DNA of 64,000 nucleotides from a candidate division WWE3 bacterium (GCA_052035175.1 JBPOHV010000001.1:41569-105568), one strand, 5' to 3'; counted from the first letter of the stretch, positions 19,093 to 29,943 are shown. The notes: generated by a model not told the origin, from the letters alone. A program made the numbers and translations.

Positions 19093-20445
19093 TTAGTTCT
19101 CAGTAAACTCACCTTCTTCTACATCTTCATACATACTCTTGTTAGCGGCATCACCATCAGCATCATCTTCCTCTTCGATTACTTGTCCATTAAGTGGACC
19201 AAATAAATGCGCATATTTTTCTTTTATTTGTTTTTTTCTTAGTGCAACTTTTTCGGGTATTTCATAAATAGCAGATCTATCACTTCCCGCTAGACTTATC
19301 AATTCCCTGTTGTATTCGTCTAATATCTCATTTAGTTTGTTTTCTAATCCTACTTCTCCTCCTTCAGCTGCAGCAGTTAAAATGCCTTCTAACCAAGAAT
19401 CAGCCGCTGCTTGTAACTTTTCTTCTGGTGTCATTGGTTCTGGCGCTGGCCCATTATCAGTTTTATATCTTCTATTCTTTATTTCAGCTTCATCAACTGG
19501 TGTTTCTGCATTTTGTTTATTTACTCTATGCCAGGTTTTATTTACCTTAGGTGTCGTGGCATTGGTAAGTGCACTTTCATATGAATCTGTGTTGTTTGCA
19601 GAAACACTTTCTATTAGTGTGTTGGTTGTTTCAGGTGTTTCTCCTATAGGCGGTTGTGCATCAGTGGGAATTTCTTCTCCTGAAGTTTGATCTGGCTCAT
19701 TGTTTTGTTGTGTTTGCGTATGTTGCTCTTCAGCCTCGTTATTAGTACTTGTATTTGTAACCCTAGGTACGCTTTCAAATAGCGAATTATTAATACCTTC
19801 TACAAAAGTTCCTACTTTTCTGTTGTGCACATGCCCATAGTGTGCAGTAAATAGCTCTGTACTCATACGTGAAGTGTTTTTACTTACTTTATTTATCCAC
19901 GCTGGGTCTAGACTACCGTCTGATTGTTTTATTTCAGAATATCTACCTTTCCCAAAATCCCAAGCTATGTTATCGAGTTCTTGATAAGTGCCTCGCAGGC
20001 TCATTCCTGGTATTGATTGCTGCTTTGAATGGTAAAACCAGTAAATTTCCGAGTAAGTAATTACAACCCGTTCGGTAAATGCTTGTATGTTTTCATCTTT
20101 TATCACTCTATACTGTGCACTTTCTTCTTCCCATAGTCTTTTGGCTACTGCATAAAGTAAATTTTTATCTTCAAATACCCATCTATCTATACCACCAACT
20201 CTTAACTGTGGTTGTGTTTTTGCTGTTTCTGTCCACGCCTGAGCTATAGCTGAGTGAAAATCATCTAAGTTAGCTTCGGTTATACTTTCTAATTTTTTTG
20301 GTTTTGCTATATCTGGCGGCCAGTTAGCCAACTCGGGTTCATGGTGATTAATAGGACGTTCTTTTATTTCTAGTTTCCATTTATCTTCGGCAATGTTCTT
20401 ATCTGTAGTGAATGCATTGACTAATTGTTCTTTTAGTATATCCAT
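19093..20445 (-). CDS. Hypothetical soluble protein with an acidic, low-complexity C-terminus
   Basis: No TM helix. Belongs to the same operon as the VirB4-like ATPase. Confidence 0.45.
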   Translation of the reverse strand: MDILKEQLVNAFTTDKNIAEDKWKLEIKERPINHHEPELANWPPDIAKPKKLESITEANLDDFHSAIAQAWTETAKTQPQLRVGGIDRWVFEDKNLLYAVAKRLWEEESAQYRVIKDENIQAFTERVVITYSEIYWFYHSKQQSIPGMSLRGTYQELDNIAWDFGKGRYSEIKQSDGSLDPAWINKVSKNTSRMSTELFTAHYGHVHNRKVGTFVEGINNSLFESVPRVTNTSTNNEAEEQHTQTQQNNEPDQTSGEEIPTDAQPPIGETPETTNTLIESVSANNTDSYESALTNATTPKVNKTWHRVNKQNAETPVDEAEIKNRRYKTDNGPAPEPMTPEEKLQAAADSWLEGILTAAAEGGEVGLENKLNEILDEYNRELISLAGSDRSAIYEIPEKVALRKKQIKEKYAHLFGPLNGQVIEEEDDADGDAANKSMYEDVEEGEFTEN

Positions 20446-20448
20446 ATA

Positions 20449-22875
20449 TTAAAAAGGTAATTTGCTTCTTATCATCCCACTATCGCCAAAAATATCTTCT
20501 TCGTCTTCTTCTTTTTCGTCTTCAAAGCCTGCGCGTTCTTTGACATACGCCTCGACTTCTTCAGCCGGTGTGCCATACTTTTGACGATTTGTTTCCTTGA
20601 TTTCTTCTGCAAGTTCTTTGCTGCGTGTTTGAGCACTTATCGCAGCCCAATCTACTTGCATCGAAAACGGAGGCGTCGGATGACCATCTACTAAAAGTTT
20701 AACATAAGAATTACCCATGGGTAAGTTGGCCATATCTTGTTTTGTGAAGGTCGGACTAAATTGTTGTTCCATAAATTCTGCGTCTGGAATACCAATTCTA
20801 AAAGAAGCCATTGTACCTACGTTACCAAACACTGCGTTTTTTATATCTTCTGTAAGTTGTGCAACAAATTGATGCGCAACGACTAAATTGAGTTTGTATT
20901 TACGTGCTTCAGATAAAATAGTTGCAAAGTCTGGTGTCGCAAAATTTTGAAATTCGTCTACATACAAAAAGAAATTTGGAAAATCTACTTTACCCAATAA
21001 CTTGTGTCTTTCTAATGCTGCCGACAATATCTTTGGTACTAGTAACAATCCTATAAAATTGGAATTTTCTTCTCCAAGCTTACCTTTTGCTAAATCAACT
21101 AATAAAATCTTTTTTTCTTCCATGATCTTAGCGATGTTAAAAGAAGATTTTTTCTGCCCCAATATGTTACGCATTGTTTTGTCTGTTACAAAACGGTCAA
21201 ATTTTGAAACAAAATATCCCATCGTTTCGCCTTTTCGCTGTTGAGATGTGTTTGCAACTTCGTCAGTCCAGTATCTTTTTATCAAAGGATCTTTTATGTT
21301 AGGTATGAATTTCTTTGAATATTTTTCATCTATTGTCAAACGCATGACGTCGATCATTGTTGCATTTGGATCAGTCATTGCAGTCAACATGATATTTCTA
21401 ATCGCGCGTTCCAAAATCGGTCCCATAATACCTTGTTTATTTGGGTCATACAGCTTGTACAAAAGTGCGATGAATGAATTTACAATCATATGTTTTTCTT
21501 CTTCCGAGTTAGCTTCAAGCAGGTTTATACCCATAGGGCGTTCTTCTTCAGCAGCATCAAAGTAAATAACATCTTTTTTTCTATGTTCTGGTATTTTTTC
21601 CAAAAGTTCTTGTACATCTGTACCGTGCGGATCGATTACACATAAACCTTCACCATTAATAATGTCTTGCAGTGCCATTGACATCAAAAATACCGATTTA
21701 CCTGTACCGGTTTGCCCTATTATGTAAAAATGACGAGTACGATCTTTGTCTTTCATAAAGATCTTTTTTTCAGTGCCTCTAAATATACTTTTACCAAGGT
21801 ATAATCCCTCACTTGGTATATTTACAGGCGCAGATGCACGTCGAGATCCTAGCCATACAATATTTGGCGTTTCTACATTTTTATTTGGAAAATGAAATAC
21901 TGTGGCCAATTCTTGTGTGTTTAATAAAGCAGTATTTCTATAAAGGTGCGTGTTAAATATGGGGATTATCCATTCAGACAATCTTATTCTGCGGTAAATA
22001 AAGTCATCTACTAGTTTTTGTGGGGAAAAGGCGTATTTCAAAACAAACTTGTTGTAATTGACGTCTGTAAATTGTTCAAATGCTGTCGCAGCATTTTGTA
22101 TCAGGCTGTCTGCTGCAGTAGAGTTTTCTGCGATTGCTACCAATCTAATTTTTACATCAAATCCTGGGTATTTGATCTTTTTTTCTATTCCTTCCAAAAA
22201 CGAAGTGTCTATGTTGTATTTTTTATCTGGGTTGTTTGCTTTGGCTTTTACATTGGTTATAAAACTTTTCCCAGACATGCGCCAGCTATTTGATGCTGGT
22301 TGCATTACATATTGAACAGCCAAAACTTCTTTGTCATTTAATTTACTCATAGCCGATGTTATTGCGCTGAGTGAATCTGTTTGCAAATCTTCGTAGACTT
22401 TTATTGGGTAATAAGGTGCGCCTTTGAGTCGTAGCTCACATACGCGTGTAAATTCTCCGCGGTCCCAGATTTCATGTGGGTTAACTATATCTATTTCTGC
22501 AGAAGGGTACGCTGCGTTGATTTGCTTTTCTACTAACTGTGCTATTTCGTCTGGAACAGCTACATAAAAAGAAATACCAGTTTGTTTAGAAACTATTTCA
22601 AAAGAAAATCTATATTGCCCAGTAAGCCATGCACTTATTGCCGATTTCTTGATCCCTGACAAACTCGCAAACATTTGTTCGGCAGTTTTGATTTCTATCT
22701 CATTGTCTTTTGGCAATTTAATTTGTAAAAAAGTGAGATTAAATTGTGTTTTGTGCTCATTTTTATTTCTGATAGAGTTCAAAATCCAAGAAATCAAGCT
22801 ATAGAAAAGCAATATTAATATGCCAAAATATACGGTTATCCAAAATAAAACATAAAATAATCTATTTGTGTCCAT
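20449..22875 (-). CDS. VirB4/TrbE-like secretion/conjugation ATPase (FtsK-HerA superfamily), with N-terminal TM helices
   Basis: Walker A GQTGTGKS. Followed by CVIDPHG. Walker B FLYVDEFQNF. VVAHQF motif. ~380-aa N-domain plus ~420-aa ATPase domain. Confidence 0.55.
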   Translation of the reverse strand: MDTNRLFYVLFWITVYFGILILLFYSLISWILNSIRNKNEHKTQFNLTFLQIKLPKDNEIEIKTAEQMFASLSGIKKSAISAWLTGQYRFSFEIVSKQTGISFYVAVPDEIAQLVEKQINAAYPSAEIDIVNPHEIWDRGEFTRVCELRLKGAPYYPIKVYEDLQTDSLSAITSAMSKLNDKEVLAVQYVMQPASNSWRMSGKSFITNVKAKANNPDKKYNIDTSFLEGIEKKIKYPGFDVKIRLVAIAENSTAADSLIQNAATAFEQFTDVNYNKFVLKYAFSPQKLVDDFIYRRIRLSEWIIPIFNTHLYRNTALLNTQELATVFHFPNKNVETPNIVWLGSRRASAPVNIPSEGLYLGKSIFRGTEKKIFMKDKDRTRHFYIIGQTGTGKSVFLMSMALQDIINGEGLCVIDPHGTDVQELLEKIPEHRKKDVIYFDAAEEERPMGINLLEANSEEEKHMIVNSFIALLYKLYDPNKQGIMGPILERAIRNIMLTAMTDPNATMIDVMRLTIDEKYSKKFIPNIKDPLIKRYWTDEVANTSQQRKGETMGYFVSKFDRFVTDKTMRNILGQKKSSFNIAKIMEEKKILLVDLAKGKLGEENSNFIGLLLVPKILSAALERHKLLGKVDFPNFFLYVDEFQNFATPDFATILSEARKYKLNLVVAHQFVAQLTEDIKNAVFGNVGTMASFRIGIPDAEFMEQQFSPTFTKQDMANLPMGNSYVKLLVDGHPTPPFSMQVDWAAISAQTRSKELAEEIKETNRQKYGTPAEEVEAYVKERAGFEDEKEEDEEDIFGDSGMIRSKLPF

Positions 22876-23230
22876 GTGCTTGCTCTACTCCTGATATAAA
22901 CTTTGCTTCGTCTTGATCTGCAATTGTTGTAAGTTTTTGTACATTGTCCGCTAGCGTGTGTAGGGTAGTAATCTCATTTGTATTATCTACAACGTTTATT
23001 GTTTGTACTTGAGCTTGTTGTTGCGTAGTTGTTGTGTCATCATCTTGTGCACTTGTTGGTTGAAAAGTTTGTGTTTCTGCTGCCTTTGTTGTTTCAATTT
23101 CACCATTTAATTGTTCTTGTAGAGGTGCAACATCTGTTATTGTTTCTACAGATTCAGGGGGTTGTTGTATTTCTGTTGCATGTTTTACATCTTCAACGGG
23201 TTGTTTAGTTACTTGATTAGCAATTTGCAT
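22862..23230 (-). CDS. Acidic Thr/Gln-rich hypothetical protein
   Basis: Low-complexity sequence. Overlaps the ATPase gene start by 14 nt. Confidence 0.3.
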   Translation of the reverse strand: MQIANQVTKQPVEDVKHATEIQQPPESVETITDVAPLQEQLNGEIETTKAAETQTFQPTSAQDDDTTTTQQQAQVQTINVVDNTNEITTLHTLADNVQKLTTIADQDEAKFISGVEQAHGHK

Positions 23231-23257
23231 GACCTAATTCTATAGGAAAGATAGGTA

Positions 23258-23611
23258 TCAGGAAAGATTTGCGTTTTTAAACAATCTTTTAGCTGTTTTT
23301 TTCACATTTGATTTTGTGGTTTCAAGTTCATCGGCTAACATTTCAAGCTTTTCTAGTGCACTTTCTTTCATTGGGTATGTAGCATCTTGTACTTTTTCAA
23401 CAATGTTCTCGACAGTATCTTCCAAGTCTTCATTGAAGTCTTTCAATGTTTCTTGACCTCTTTTCCATGCTTCAGTGCTTTTCTTTTTTATATGTTTTCG
23501 TGTATTTTCACCAGATTCGGGTGCAAACAGTATTCCCAACAAACTACCCAAGACAGCACCTATCAGTGCACCTTTTACAAAACCATTTTTATGTTCGCAA
23601 TTTTCACACAT
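23258..23611 (-). CDS. YtxH-like membrane-anchored protein
   Basis: GALIGAVLGSLLGILFAPESG followed by a charged coiled-coil tail. Confidence 0.5.
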   Translation of the reverse strand: MCENCEHKNGFVKGALIGAVLGSLLGILFAPESGENTRKHIKKKSTEAWKRGQETLKDFNEDLEDTVENIVEKVQDATYPMKESALEKLEMLADELETTKSNVKKTAKRLFKNANLS

Positions 23612-23848
23612 TTAAAATTCCTTTCTAATTTCTTTAACTGTTTTTAATACTCCGGATATAAGCCCAGTAATTGCTGCTAAAGGATTTGAAAATGTACTAG
23701 TTACGTTGTGCACATTTTGTAATATTTCATTTGCGCGTGATATTGTGGTGCGTAGTTCTTTTAAGACCAATATCAAATATACGATCAATGCAACTACTGC
23801 AAAGGTTAAAATAGCTAATATAAAAAATGTAAGTAATTGAAAATCCAT
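23612..23848 (-). CDS. DUF948-like small membrane protein
   Basis: N-terminal TM followed by an amphipathic helix. Commonly found adjacent to YtxH. Confidence 0.45.
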   Translation of the reverse strand: MDFQLLTFFILAILTFAVVALIVYLILVLKELRTTISRANEILQNVHNVTSTFSNPLAAITGLISGVLKTVKEIRKEF

Positions 23849-23913
23849 TGGGCAGTTCTTTCTATAATCAATTATAGCTTGCTCATGCCCTCACTGCAAT
23901 CTATACTTAACAT

Positions 23914-25572
23914 ATGTCTAACTTAGCAGGAAATACTACTTCTTCACTAGATTCACATATATTGCTTTATGCGGGTGAAAAATCGGCACCAGATGATGTT
24001 TTGAATATGTCAGAGCCAACGTACGGCAACGATTATATTATTCCTGTTCCGCGCAGCACCAAATTGCCAGCTGTGTTGAATATAGTTTTTCAAGGCAAAC
24101 ATTATACTAGATCGACAAAAACTTTAGAGCTTCAAGTATCTGGTGACGATATGACGGGGTTTGTACAAGCGCTATATTCTAAAGAGCTTTCTGCAGAAGA
24201 AGATACATGGCTTACGACTATGCAGCGCAATGCTGTTTCTATGGCTACTTTTGTTGCAGTTAATGACCAAGACTCTTTTTCTCCTACTAGTTTAAAGAAA
24301 ACTCGTGAAGCACATGCGCAGTTTAGCGCAAGTCCCGAATTACCAGCAACTCTTCATAGTTTGGTGAAGATCCGCGGTATCCTCGGGGATATTGTTTATA
24401 ACAAAGGGCGAGGGGTGTCTGAATACGCAGAAACAGATCTACTAAAGATGTTTGATTTCTTGACTCTCAATTTGATGGTAGGCGATATGGTTTTTGGAAG
24501 AGCTACACAGCTTGCGAATCCGCACCACTATGAGGCTAAGTTTGGGCAATTACTAGATTTTGCAAAGCATCTTTCTCCTAGTTATCCAATCACCGAGAAA
24601 CAGCTTTTGGCTTATGTAAGTGTGGCTATAAACGCGCTTGAAGAATTTAATGCAGATACGCCAGCGCATTCACCTATAGTTATGAGTAAAAATACGCCTG
24701 GTGTTCTTTTGTCAGGTTTAGTTATCGAAGAATCAAAGTTAGAACCCAAAAACATACCTGCTGCTGCAAAAGCTATATTATCCAAAAACCCAACTGCAGT
24801 AACGTATGTTGAGAATCCTAGTGACTTATTGGTACCGAGTTTTGATGCTACGCAGTTTGTTACGCGTCAAAGCGAAAGTAAGTCTAGATTTGTTGCTGCA
24901 GGCCAGTTGGAGCGTCGTGCTCCTGATATAGAAAAGATTTCTAAACGGGCTTTAGCATACACTGCAATCGCAGGTTTTATGCGTACACAATTGCGTAGAA
25001 ATAATAACTTGGCCCAAGATGCTATGGAACATGCCGATAACTTACTTGATATGGCAGAAGCGTATATAGATAGTCCAGAAGGAGAGACTTTACTTGGCCT
25101 CATTAATACAGTTGTTTACAATGCCAATGATAACTTTGAGACACGACCTAATGGTGAGCATATTTCTACAGAAGATATGTATCGTCTATTTGCACTTTGT
25201 ATAGGAAAGCATGTATTTACAGAGTTTGTTGCAGACTTTGATCAATACATCGATGTACCTATAAACTTTCCGATTCCAAGAAAGAATAGCGCTATGTTTG
25301 CGTTAAAGCACAACACCGACTTGTTAATGCTATCTGCTAAAACTCTAAGTTCTGATGTATCAGCTAAAGAAAAAGGTCAAGCTTGTTTAGTCGCGAGTGA
25401 TGCGTGCCTTACAGCCATTAGTGCTATACGCCGTTTGGATGCTGCGTATATCAAAGAAGTACATGAAACACCAAATCCAAAGAATGTGCGAAATATCCCC
25501 GGTATTACAAACATAATGCCCGATCCTCGAATAAAACGCACATCCCCAGTGCCTTCACTTTTGGAGTATTAA
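23914..25572 (+). CDS. Hypothetical 552-aa soluble protein, no recognisable motif; GC above the window background
   Basis: Long uninterrupted ORF with AT-rich promoter-like upstream sequence. GC ~42% (eyeball estimate) versus a ~34% background. Confidence 0.55.
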   Translation: MSNLAGNTTSSLDSHILLYAGEKSAPDDVLNMSEPTYGNDYIIPVPRSTKLPAVLNIVFQGKHYTRSTKTLELQVSGDDMTGFVQALYSKELSAEEDTWLTTMQRNAVSMATFVAVNDQDSFSPTSLKKTREAHAQFSASPELPATLHSLVKIRGILGDIVYNKGRGVSEYAETDLLKMFDFLTLNLMVGDMVFGRATQLANPHHYEAKFGQLLDFAKHLSPSYPITEKQLLAYVSVAINALEEFNADTPAHSPIVMSKNTPGVLLSGLVIEESKLEPKNIPAAAKAILSKNPTAVTYVENPSDLLVPSFDATQFVTRQSESKSRFVAAGQLERRAPDIEKISKRALAYTAIAGFMRTQLRRNNNLAQDAMEHADNLLDMAEAYIDSPEGETLLGLINTVVYNANDNFETRPNGEHISTEDMYRLFALCIGKHVFTEFVADFDQYIDVPINFPIPRKNSAMFALKHNTDLLMLSAKTLSSDVSAKEKGQACLVASDACLTAISAIRRLDAAYIKEVHETPNPKNVRNIPGITNIMPDPRIKRTSPVPSLLEY

Positions 25573-25584
25573 TACTTAGAACTT

Positions 25585-27495
25585 TTATTCAACAACTTCA
25601 CCTTCTTGTACAGGTTCGCTGTCGCCAGTTGGATTAGTACCATTTTGTGGATTGCCTTCCGGTTGTGGTCCGCCTGCAGCATTAGGAGTTCCTGCATTTG
25701 GTTGTTCTGGTTGATAGTATTGACCAATCTTTTGCACAACTTCAGATAAAGCTTGTGTTTTTTGTTTTAATTCTTCTGATGTTGCAGTTTGTAAAACATC
25801 TCGTACGTCTTTTATTTTTGATTCAATGTCTTGTTTTACATCTGATGGTACTTTATCACCAGCATCTTTAAGAGCTTTTTCAGCTGTATAACACAAACTA
25901 TCAGCAATGTTTTTAGATTCTACTTGTTCTTTGCGCTTTTTATCTTCAGCTGCGTGCATTTCGCCTTCTTTTACCATGGTTTCGATTTCATCTTTTGATA
26001 ATCCAGTGCTTCCTTGAATAGTTATTTTTTGTTCTTTATTAGAAGATTTATCTTTTGCAGTTACGTTTATTATGCCGTTTGCATCGATATCAAATTTCAC
26101 CTCAACTTGTGGCATACCTCGAGGGGCTGGGGGAATACCGTCCAAAATAAATCTACCCAAAGATTTGTTGTCAGCTGCCATTTCACGTTCGCCTTGTAAA
26201 ACATTTATTTCAACACTAGTCTGATTATCTGCAGCAGTGCTGAAAACTTGATTTGCAGAAGTAGGAATAGTTGTATTGCGTTTAATCAACGGTGTTGATA
26301 CTCCGCCCAAAGTTTCTATTCCCAAAGTAAGTGGTGTTACATCCAAAAGCAAAACGTCTTTGACATCGCCTGCCAAAACTCCGCCTTGAATACCTGCACC
26401 AATTGCGACTACTTCGTCTGGGTTTATGCCTTTGTGAGGTTCTTTGCCAAAGTAATTTTTGACCAATTCATTTATGCGTGGCATTCTTGTCATACCGCCG
26501 ACCATTACAACTTCGTTTATTTCTTCTTTTTTAAGACCTGCGTCTTTCAAAGCATTTTCAATTGGAATTAATGTATTTTGTACGAGTTTATCTACCAATT
26601 GTTCTAGGCCCGCTCTGTTAAGCTTTATGTTCAAGTGTTTTGGTCCTGTTTGATCTGCAGTTATAAATGGAATATTTATTTCTGTTTCTGTTGTAGAAGA
26701 AAGTTCTATTTTGGCTTTTTCTGCTGCGTCTTTAAGACGTTGCATTGCTTGCTTATCATTTGATAAATCAACACCAGATTCTTTTTTGAATTCTGTAAGT
26801 AACCACTCAATTATCATGTTATCAAAATCGTCTCCGCCCAAGTGAGTATCTCCGTTTGTAGCTAGTACTTCAAATACACCATCGCCAATTTCTAATACAG
26901 AAACGTCAAATGTACCACCGCCCAAATCATAAACCAAAATCTTTTCATTGGTCTTTTTATCAAGACCATACGCAAGTGCTGCAGCGGTTGGTTCGTTGAT
27001 TATTCTTTTTACTTCAAGCCCTGCTATTTGACCCGCTTCTTTAGTAGCAGTTCTTTGAGCGTCGTTGAAATATGCGGGTACTGTAATTACTGCTTCTTTT
27101 ATTTCGTAACCCAAAAACTTTTCTGCATCGGCTTTAAGCTTTGCCAAAATTTTGGCTGAAATTTCTTGTGGCGTATAAACTTTATCGCCAATTTGTACAG
27201 CTGCAGATCCGTTGTGGCCAGAAACTATTTCGTATGGATATTTCTTTTTGATTTCTTGGATTTCTGGGTCGTCAAATTTCATACCCATCAATCTTTTTAC
27301 ACTAAATACTGTGTTTCTTGGGTTGACCACTTGTTGTCTTTTTGCAGGAATGCCTACAACGTTTTGATCTACTGCAACTACAGATGGTGTAGTGTTTGCA
27401 CCTTCTGCGTTGGGTATAACTTTTGTCTGACCTGCGCCAGCAATTATTGCAACACAACTATTGGTTGTGCCTAAATCTATCCCTAATATTTTCAT
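25585..27495 (-). CDS. dnaK: Molecular chaperone DnaK (Hsp70)
   Basis: [21 protein letters not shown], and a C-terminal G/P/Q-rich tail. Confidence 0.95.
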   Translation of the reverse strand: MKILGIDLGTTNSCVAIIAGAGQTKVIPNAEGANTTPSVVAVDQNVVGIPAKRQQVVNPRNTVFSVKRLMGMKFDDPEIQEIKKKYPYEIVSGHNGSAAVQIGDKVYTPQEISAKILAKLKADAEKFLGYEIKEAVITVPAYFNDAQRTATKEAGQIAGLEVKRIINEPTAAALAYGLDKKTNEKILVYDLGGGTFDVSVLEIGDGVFEVLATNGDTHLGGDDFDNMIIEWLLTEFKKESGVDLSNDKQAMQRLKDAAEKAKIELSSTTETEINIPFITADQTGPKHLNIKLNRAGLEQLVDKLVQNTLIPIENALKDAGLKKEEINEVVMVGGMTRMPRINELVKNYFGKEPHKGINPDEVVAIGAGIQGGVLAGDVKDVLLLDVTPLTLGIETLGGVSTPLIKRNTTIPTSANQVFSTAADNQTSVEINVLQGEREMAADNKSLGRFILDGIPPAPRGMPQVEVKFDIDANGIINVTAKDKSSNKEQKITIQGSTGLSKDEIETMVKEGEMHAAEDKKRKEQVESKNIADSLCYTAEKALKDAGDKVPSDVKQDIESKIKDVRDVLQTATSEELKQKTQALSEVVQKIGQYYQPEQPNAGTPNAAGGPQPEGNPQNGTNPTGDSEPVQEGEVVE

Positions 27496-27497
27496 AA

Positions 27498-27959
27498 TTA
27501 TTTCTCCTTTTCTTTATAGCCTGCTTTAACTGTTGCAGGTCTAATTAACTTATTATTAAATTTGTAAGCTTTTTTATAAACGTCTTTCACTGCTACTTCT
27601 TCTTCTTTTTCGTTTGTTATTTCTTCCATTTCAACGGCATCCATTGTGTTGCTATCAAACGTATCGCCTGTGTTTATTTCTACAATCTCCAGGCCAGTAT
27701 CTTTCAAAACTTGTCTGAATTCTTTTGTTACCAATTTGACTCCTTGGTCTTCAGAAAATTTTTCAAGCGCTTCCATATTATCCAGCAAAGGCACCAATCG
27801 CTTAATCAACGTTTCGTTTGCATATTGGATAAATTCCATACGTTCATCTTGATATCTTCTTTCTAAGTTTCTATAATCGGCAACTGCACGTTTCCAGTTG
27901 TTTTCTGTTTCTTCCAATGCCTTTGTCAATTCTTCTATCTTTTGAGTATTGTCGTCCAT
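27498..27959 (-). CDS. grpE: Nucleotide exchange factor GrpE
   Basis: Coiled-coil N-terminus plus the GrpE C-terminal beta domain. Positioned between hrcA and dnaK. Confidence 0.85.
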   Translation of the reverse strand: MDDNTQKIEELTKALEETENNWKRAVADYRNLERRYQDERMEFIQYANETLIKRLVPLLDNMEALEKFSEDQGVKLVTKEFRQVLKDTGLEIVEINTGDTFDSNTMDAVEMEEITNEKEEEVAVKDVYKKAYKFNNKLIRPATVKAGYKEKEK

Positions 27960-27965
27960 AAGCTT

Positions 27966-28688
27966 TTACCAAGACTCACCAAGTTCTTGTACTAATTGTT
28001 TTGCATATTTAAGCGCAGGGATTACTTGTGAGTAATTCATCCTTGATGGCCCAAATACTGCGATATGCCCATGTTTATTTCCACTTTTGTAAGGTGCTGC
28101 TACAAACCCGCATTTTTCCAGCTTTTCTACACCAATTTCGTCTTCCAAAATTATTTTGAGTCCGTTTGTATCTATTACTCGCCCAAAAATTCTTTCTAGT
28201 ATTTCAAAGTTATCTACAACTGTAAGCGCTGCTTTTGCTGCATCAATATCCCAAAATTCTTTGCTATCCAAAATATTCACTGTACCTGCATAAGTGACGT
28301 AGCCGTCATCTGACGTTGCTACTGCAAGCTCACCAATGTTTTCTGCCAATGCTTTTACTGTTTCTCGTAACAATTTGTCAAAGTTATATCTTTCAGACCA
28401 TAGCCTTTGTTTCATTGCGACTTCTTGTAATACTGGCAATTCTTCTTCGTGCATGATTTCATCCAGATAAAGCCTATATGCGCTTTTTGTTGGTACTCTG
28501 CCAGAAGATGTATGCATCATTTCCAAATACCCCAAGTCCAATAATTTTGCCATTTCATTTCTGATAGTGGCAGGTGAGCAACCCAATCTATATCTGCGCA
28601 CAACTTGCACAGAACCAACTGGCTCTGCTTCTTTTATATATTCATTAATAATCGCTTCTACTAGTTGAAGTTGTCTTTCATTCAGCAT
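27966..28688 (-). CDS. hrcA: Heat-inducible transcription repressor HrcA (short form)
   Basis: LNERQLQLVEAIINEYIKEAEPVGS...SPATIRNEMAKLLDLGYL...HTSSGRVPT. Start placed at the ATG at 28688; the track extends 6 nt further to a GTG. Confidence 0.7.
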   Translation of the reverse strand: MLNERQLQLVEAIINEYIKEAEPVGSVQVVRRYRLGCSPATIRNEMAKLLDLGYLEMMHTSSGRVPTKSAYRLYLDEIMHEEELPVLQEVAMKQRLWSERYNFDKLLRETVKALAENIGELAVATSDDGYVTYAGTVNILDSKEFWDIDAAKAALTVVDNFEILERIFGRVIDTNGLKIILEDEIGVEKLEKCGFVAAPYKSGNKHGHIAVFGPSRMNYSQVIPALKYAKQLVQELGESW

Positions 28689-28715
28689 TAGCACTAATAT
28701 ACAACTAAGTGCTAA
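28688..28715. promoter_or_regulatory. CIRCE operator (TTAGCACT-N12-AGTGCTAA) overlapping the hrcA start
   Basis: TTAGCACTaatatacaactaAGTGCTAA is a near-perfect inverted repeat matching the HrcA operator consensus. Confidence 0.75.
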
Positions 28716-28721
28716 GAGGTG

Positions 28722-29942
28722 TCAATACATTTTTTTGTGTCTTTCTAAAATATTTTTTATATGCCATTGTTCATTCACTTTTCCTTTTCCAAGTGCTGTA
28801 ACTTTATTTTTGAGGAGATTTATAATGTTTGTTGGCATTGTAATGAGAATACTATCTAGAATAGCTAACGTTTCTTGTAATGCCGTCATGTAATAAGCTT
28901 TTACATTTCCATTTGTATTCAAGGTCATACCTTGTGTCTTCTTAAATAGCATTTCTAGTGATTTTTCAATACCAGCTGCTATTTCTGGATCTTCGATAAA
29001 TTCTGGCTGTGTCTTTCCTAGTGCCATCAACGCTTGTACGTTTTCGTGTACGTTATCGCTATGTAATGATTCAACAAAAGCAGGTCTATTTACATAAGGT
29101 TCTTTTCCATAAAGTCTCTTTGGGGCATGGTATATTACGGCATCAAGATCTATTAACCTTGCGAGTGGTGCGCGATTTTCTATTAACGCTTTTTGTAGAG
29201 AAAATCGATTGGGATCATATTTTGGCGATTGTTCCAAATTGCTTATTTGTTCGTCTTTATCAACAAATTCTACAGTGATATTTCTACTGTGAAAGTGCCT
29301 ATGTTCAATACCTAACGCCTTAAGTTGATCGTCTATTGTTTGGTATTGTATGCGCAGTTCGTCTTGAATGGCATGCAATCTTTCTAGCAATTGCGTATCT
29401 TTACCAGGAGAGCATCCAGTCCTTATTCGTAGCATCTTGTATCTTAAATATTCCAAATTTAATCCGCTAAATCTTGATGCAACGATCACAGTATCAGCCT
29501 GGTTAGCGCTATCGGCATGCATTATTCTTGGTCTCCCAGTTTTACTTATTAATATTGGGGCTACTGGTACGACAGTTGGTTCTACTGGTTGTTTAGAAAA
29601 AAATCTAGTTGGTGGTTTTATACCTTGTGCCAACTCTAACCAAATGCTCGCGTGTTCTGCGCCGATCTTGTTGAAGACAATTCCATCTTTTACAAACAAC
29701 TCGCTACCGTCTTTAGCAATTTGCAAAGTTGTATGCATATCTGGTGTAGATGTAGTGTCGGGTTTTATTTTGCGTTTATCAAACCGTGTATGTGCTTCAG
29801 CTGCCTTGCCTTTTAGTGATGGCCAACCTATATTGACTTGTTCATCAAACATTGCTTCAAATGTAGGTATCTTCTCATGTACAAGTTGTTCGAAATTCGT
29901 TAGTGGTTTTTCAGTAGGTGTTAATGTTGGGTTAGGGTACAT
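28722..29942 (-). CDS. Hypothetical protein with a weak protein-kinase-like signature
   Basis: HSRNITVEF and LIDLDAVIYH resemble the HxDxxxxN / DFG-region logic of protein-kinase-like (APH-like) folds. 406 aa. Confidence 0.4.
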   Translation of the reverse strand: MYPNPTLTPTEKPLTNFEQLVHEKIPTFEAMFDEQVNIGWPSLKGKAAEAHTRFDKRKIKPDTTSTPDMHTTLQIAKDGSELFVKDGIVFNKIGAEHASIWLELAQGIKPPTRFFSKQPVEPTVVPVAPILISKTGRPRIMHADSANQADTVIVASRFSGLNLEYLRYKMLRIRTGCSPGKDTQLLERLHAIQDELRIQYQTIDDQLKALGIEHRHFHSRNITVEFVDKDEQISNLEQSPKYDPNRFSLQKALIENRAPLARLIDLDAVIYHAPKRLYGKEPYVNRPAFVESLHSDNVHENVQALMALGKTQPEFIEDPEIAAGIEKSLEMLFKKTQGMTLNTNGNVKAYYMTALQETLAILDSILITMPTNIINLLKNKVTALGKGKVNEQWHIKNILERHKKMY

Positions 29943-29943
29943 T

